Shown: piece after piece, positions 46,226 through 46,285 of the stretch
Position numbering within the stretch: the stretch's first letter is position 1
Layout of the letters: each line of letters opens with the position of its first letter
Assembly: GCF_018977255.1 (NCBI RefSeq)
Contig: NW_024705420.1
Span: 1-46,285 of the forward strand
Origin: Callorhinchus milii
Lineage: Eukaryota
Direction of reading: 5' to 3'
DNA: 46,285 bases
Program-made: the position numbers and the translations under genes
The notes under the pieces: generated by a model
Told to the model about the DNA's origin: nothing
The model's database searches: none
The model's input: only the letters and a program-made list of their open reading frames with translations

Positions 46226-46285
46226 CACAGCCCGACAGACCCCAACAATAACCCGCCTCTCGCTCTCACTCCCTCTCTTTTCCTC

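Overview
Eukaryotic germline DNA from a jawed-vertebrate T-cell receptor alpha J-C region, most likely a cartilaginous fish (inferred from the CR1, L2 and Penelope-like repeat tails). From 145 to 42413 I count 78 plus-strand J segments, about one per 540 bp. Each has a 5' 12-bp-spacer RSS (typically GGTTATTGT-12-GGCTGTG), an FGxGT(R/K)LNV(L/I/V/S)P frame and a phase-1 GT donor; a few are defective or reduced to relics. Between the Js lie TG/TC micro- and minisatellites, a ~110-bp L2-tailed SINE-like repeat and LINE fragments. The right end holds a C-alpha gene (Ig exon 45219-45491, hinge exon 44430-44470, TM exon 43759-43871) and two more Js, all on the MINUS strand, so they face the large J array head-on. 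As written, this C-alpha has Tyr in place of the first Ig-domain Cys and a 41-nt hinge exon out of phase with the TM exon. Almost all ORFs in the supplied track are microsatellite artefacts. All coordinates and counts were read by eye.
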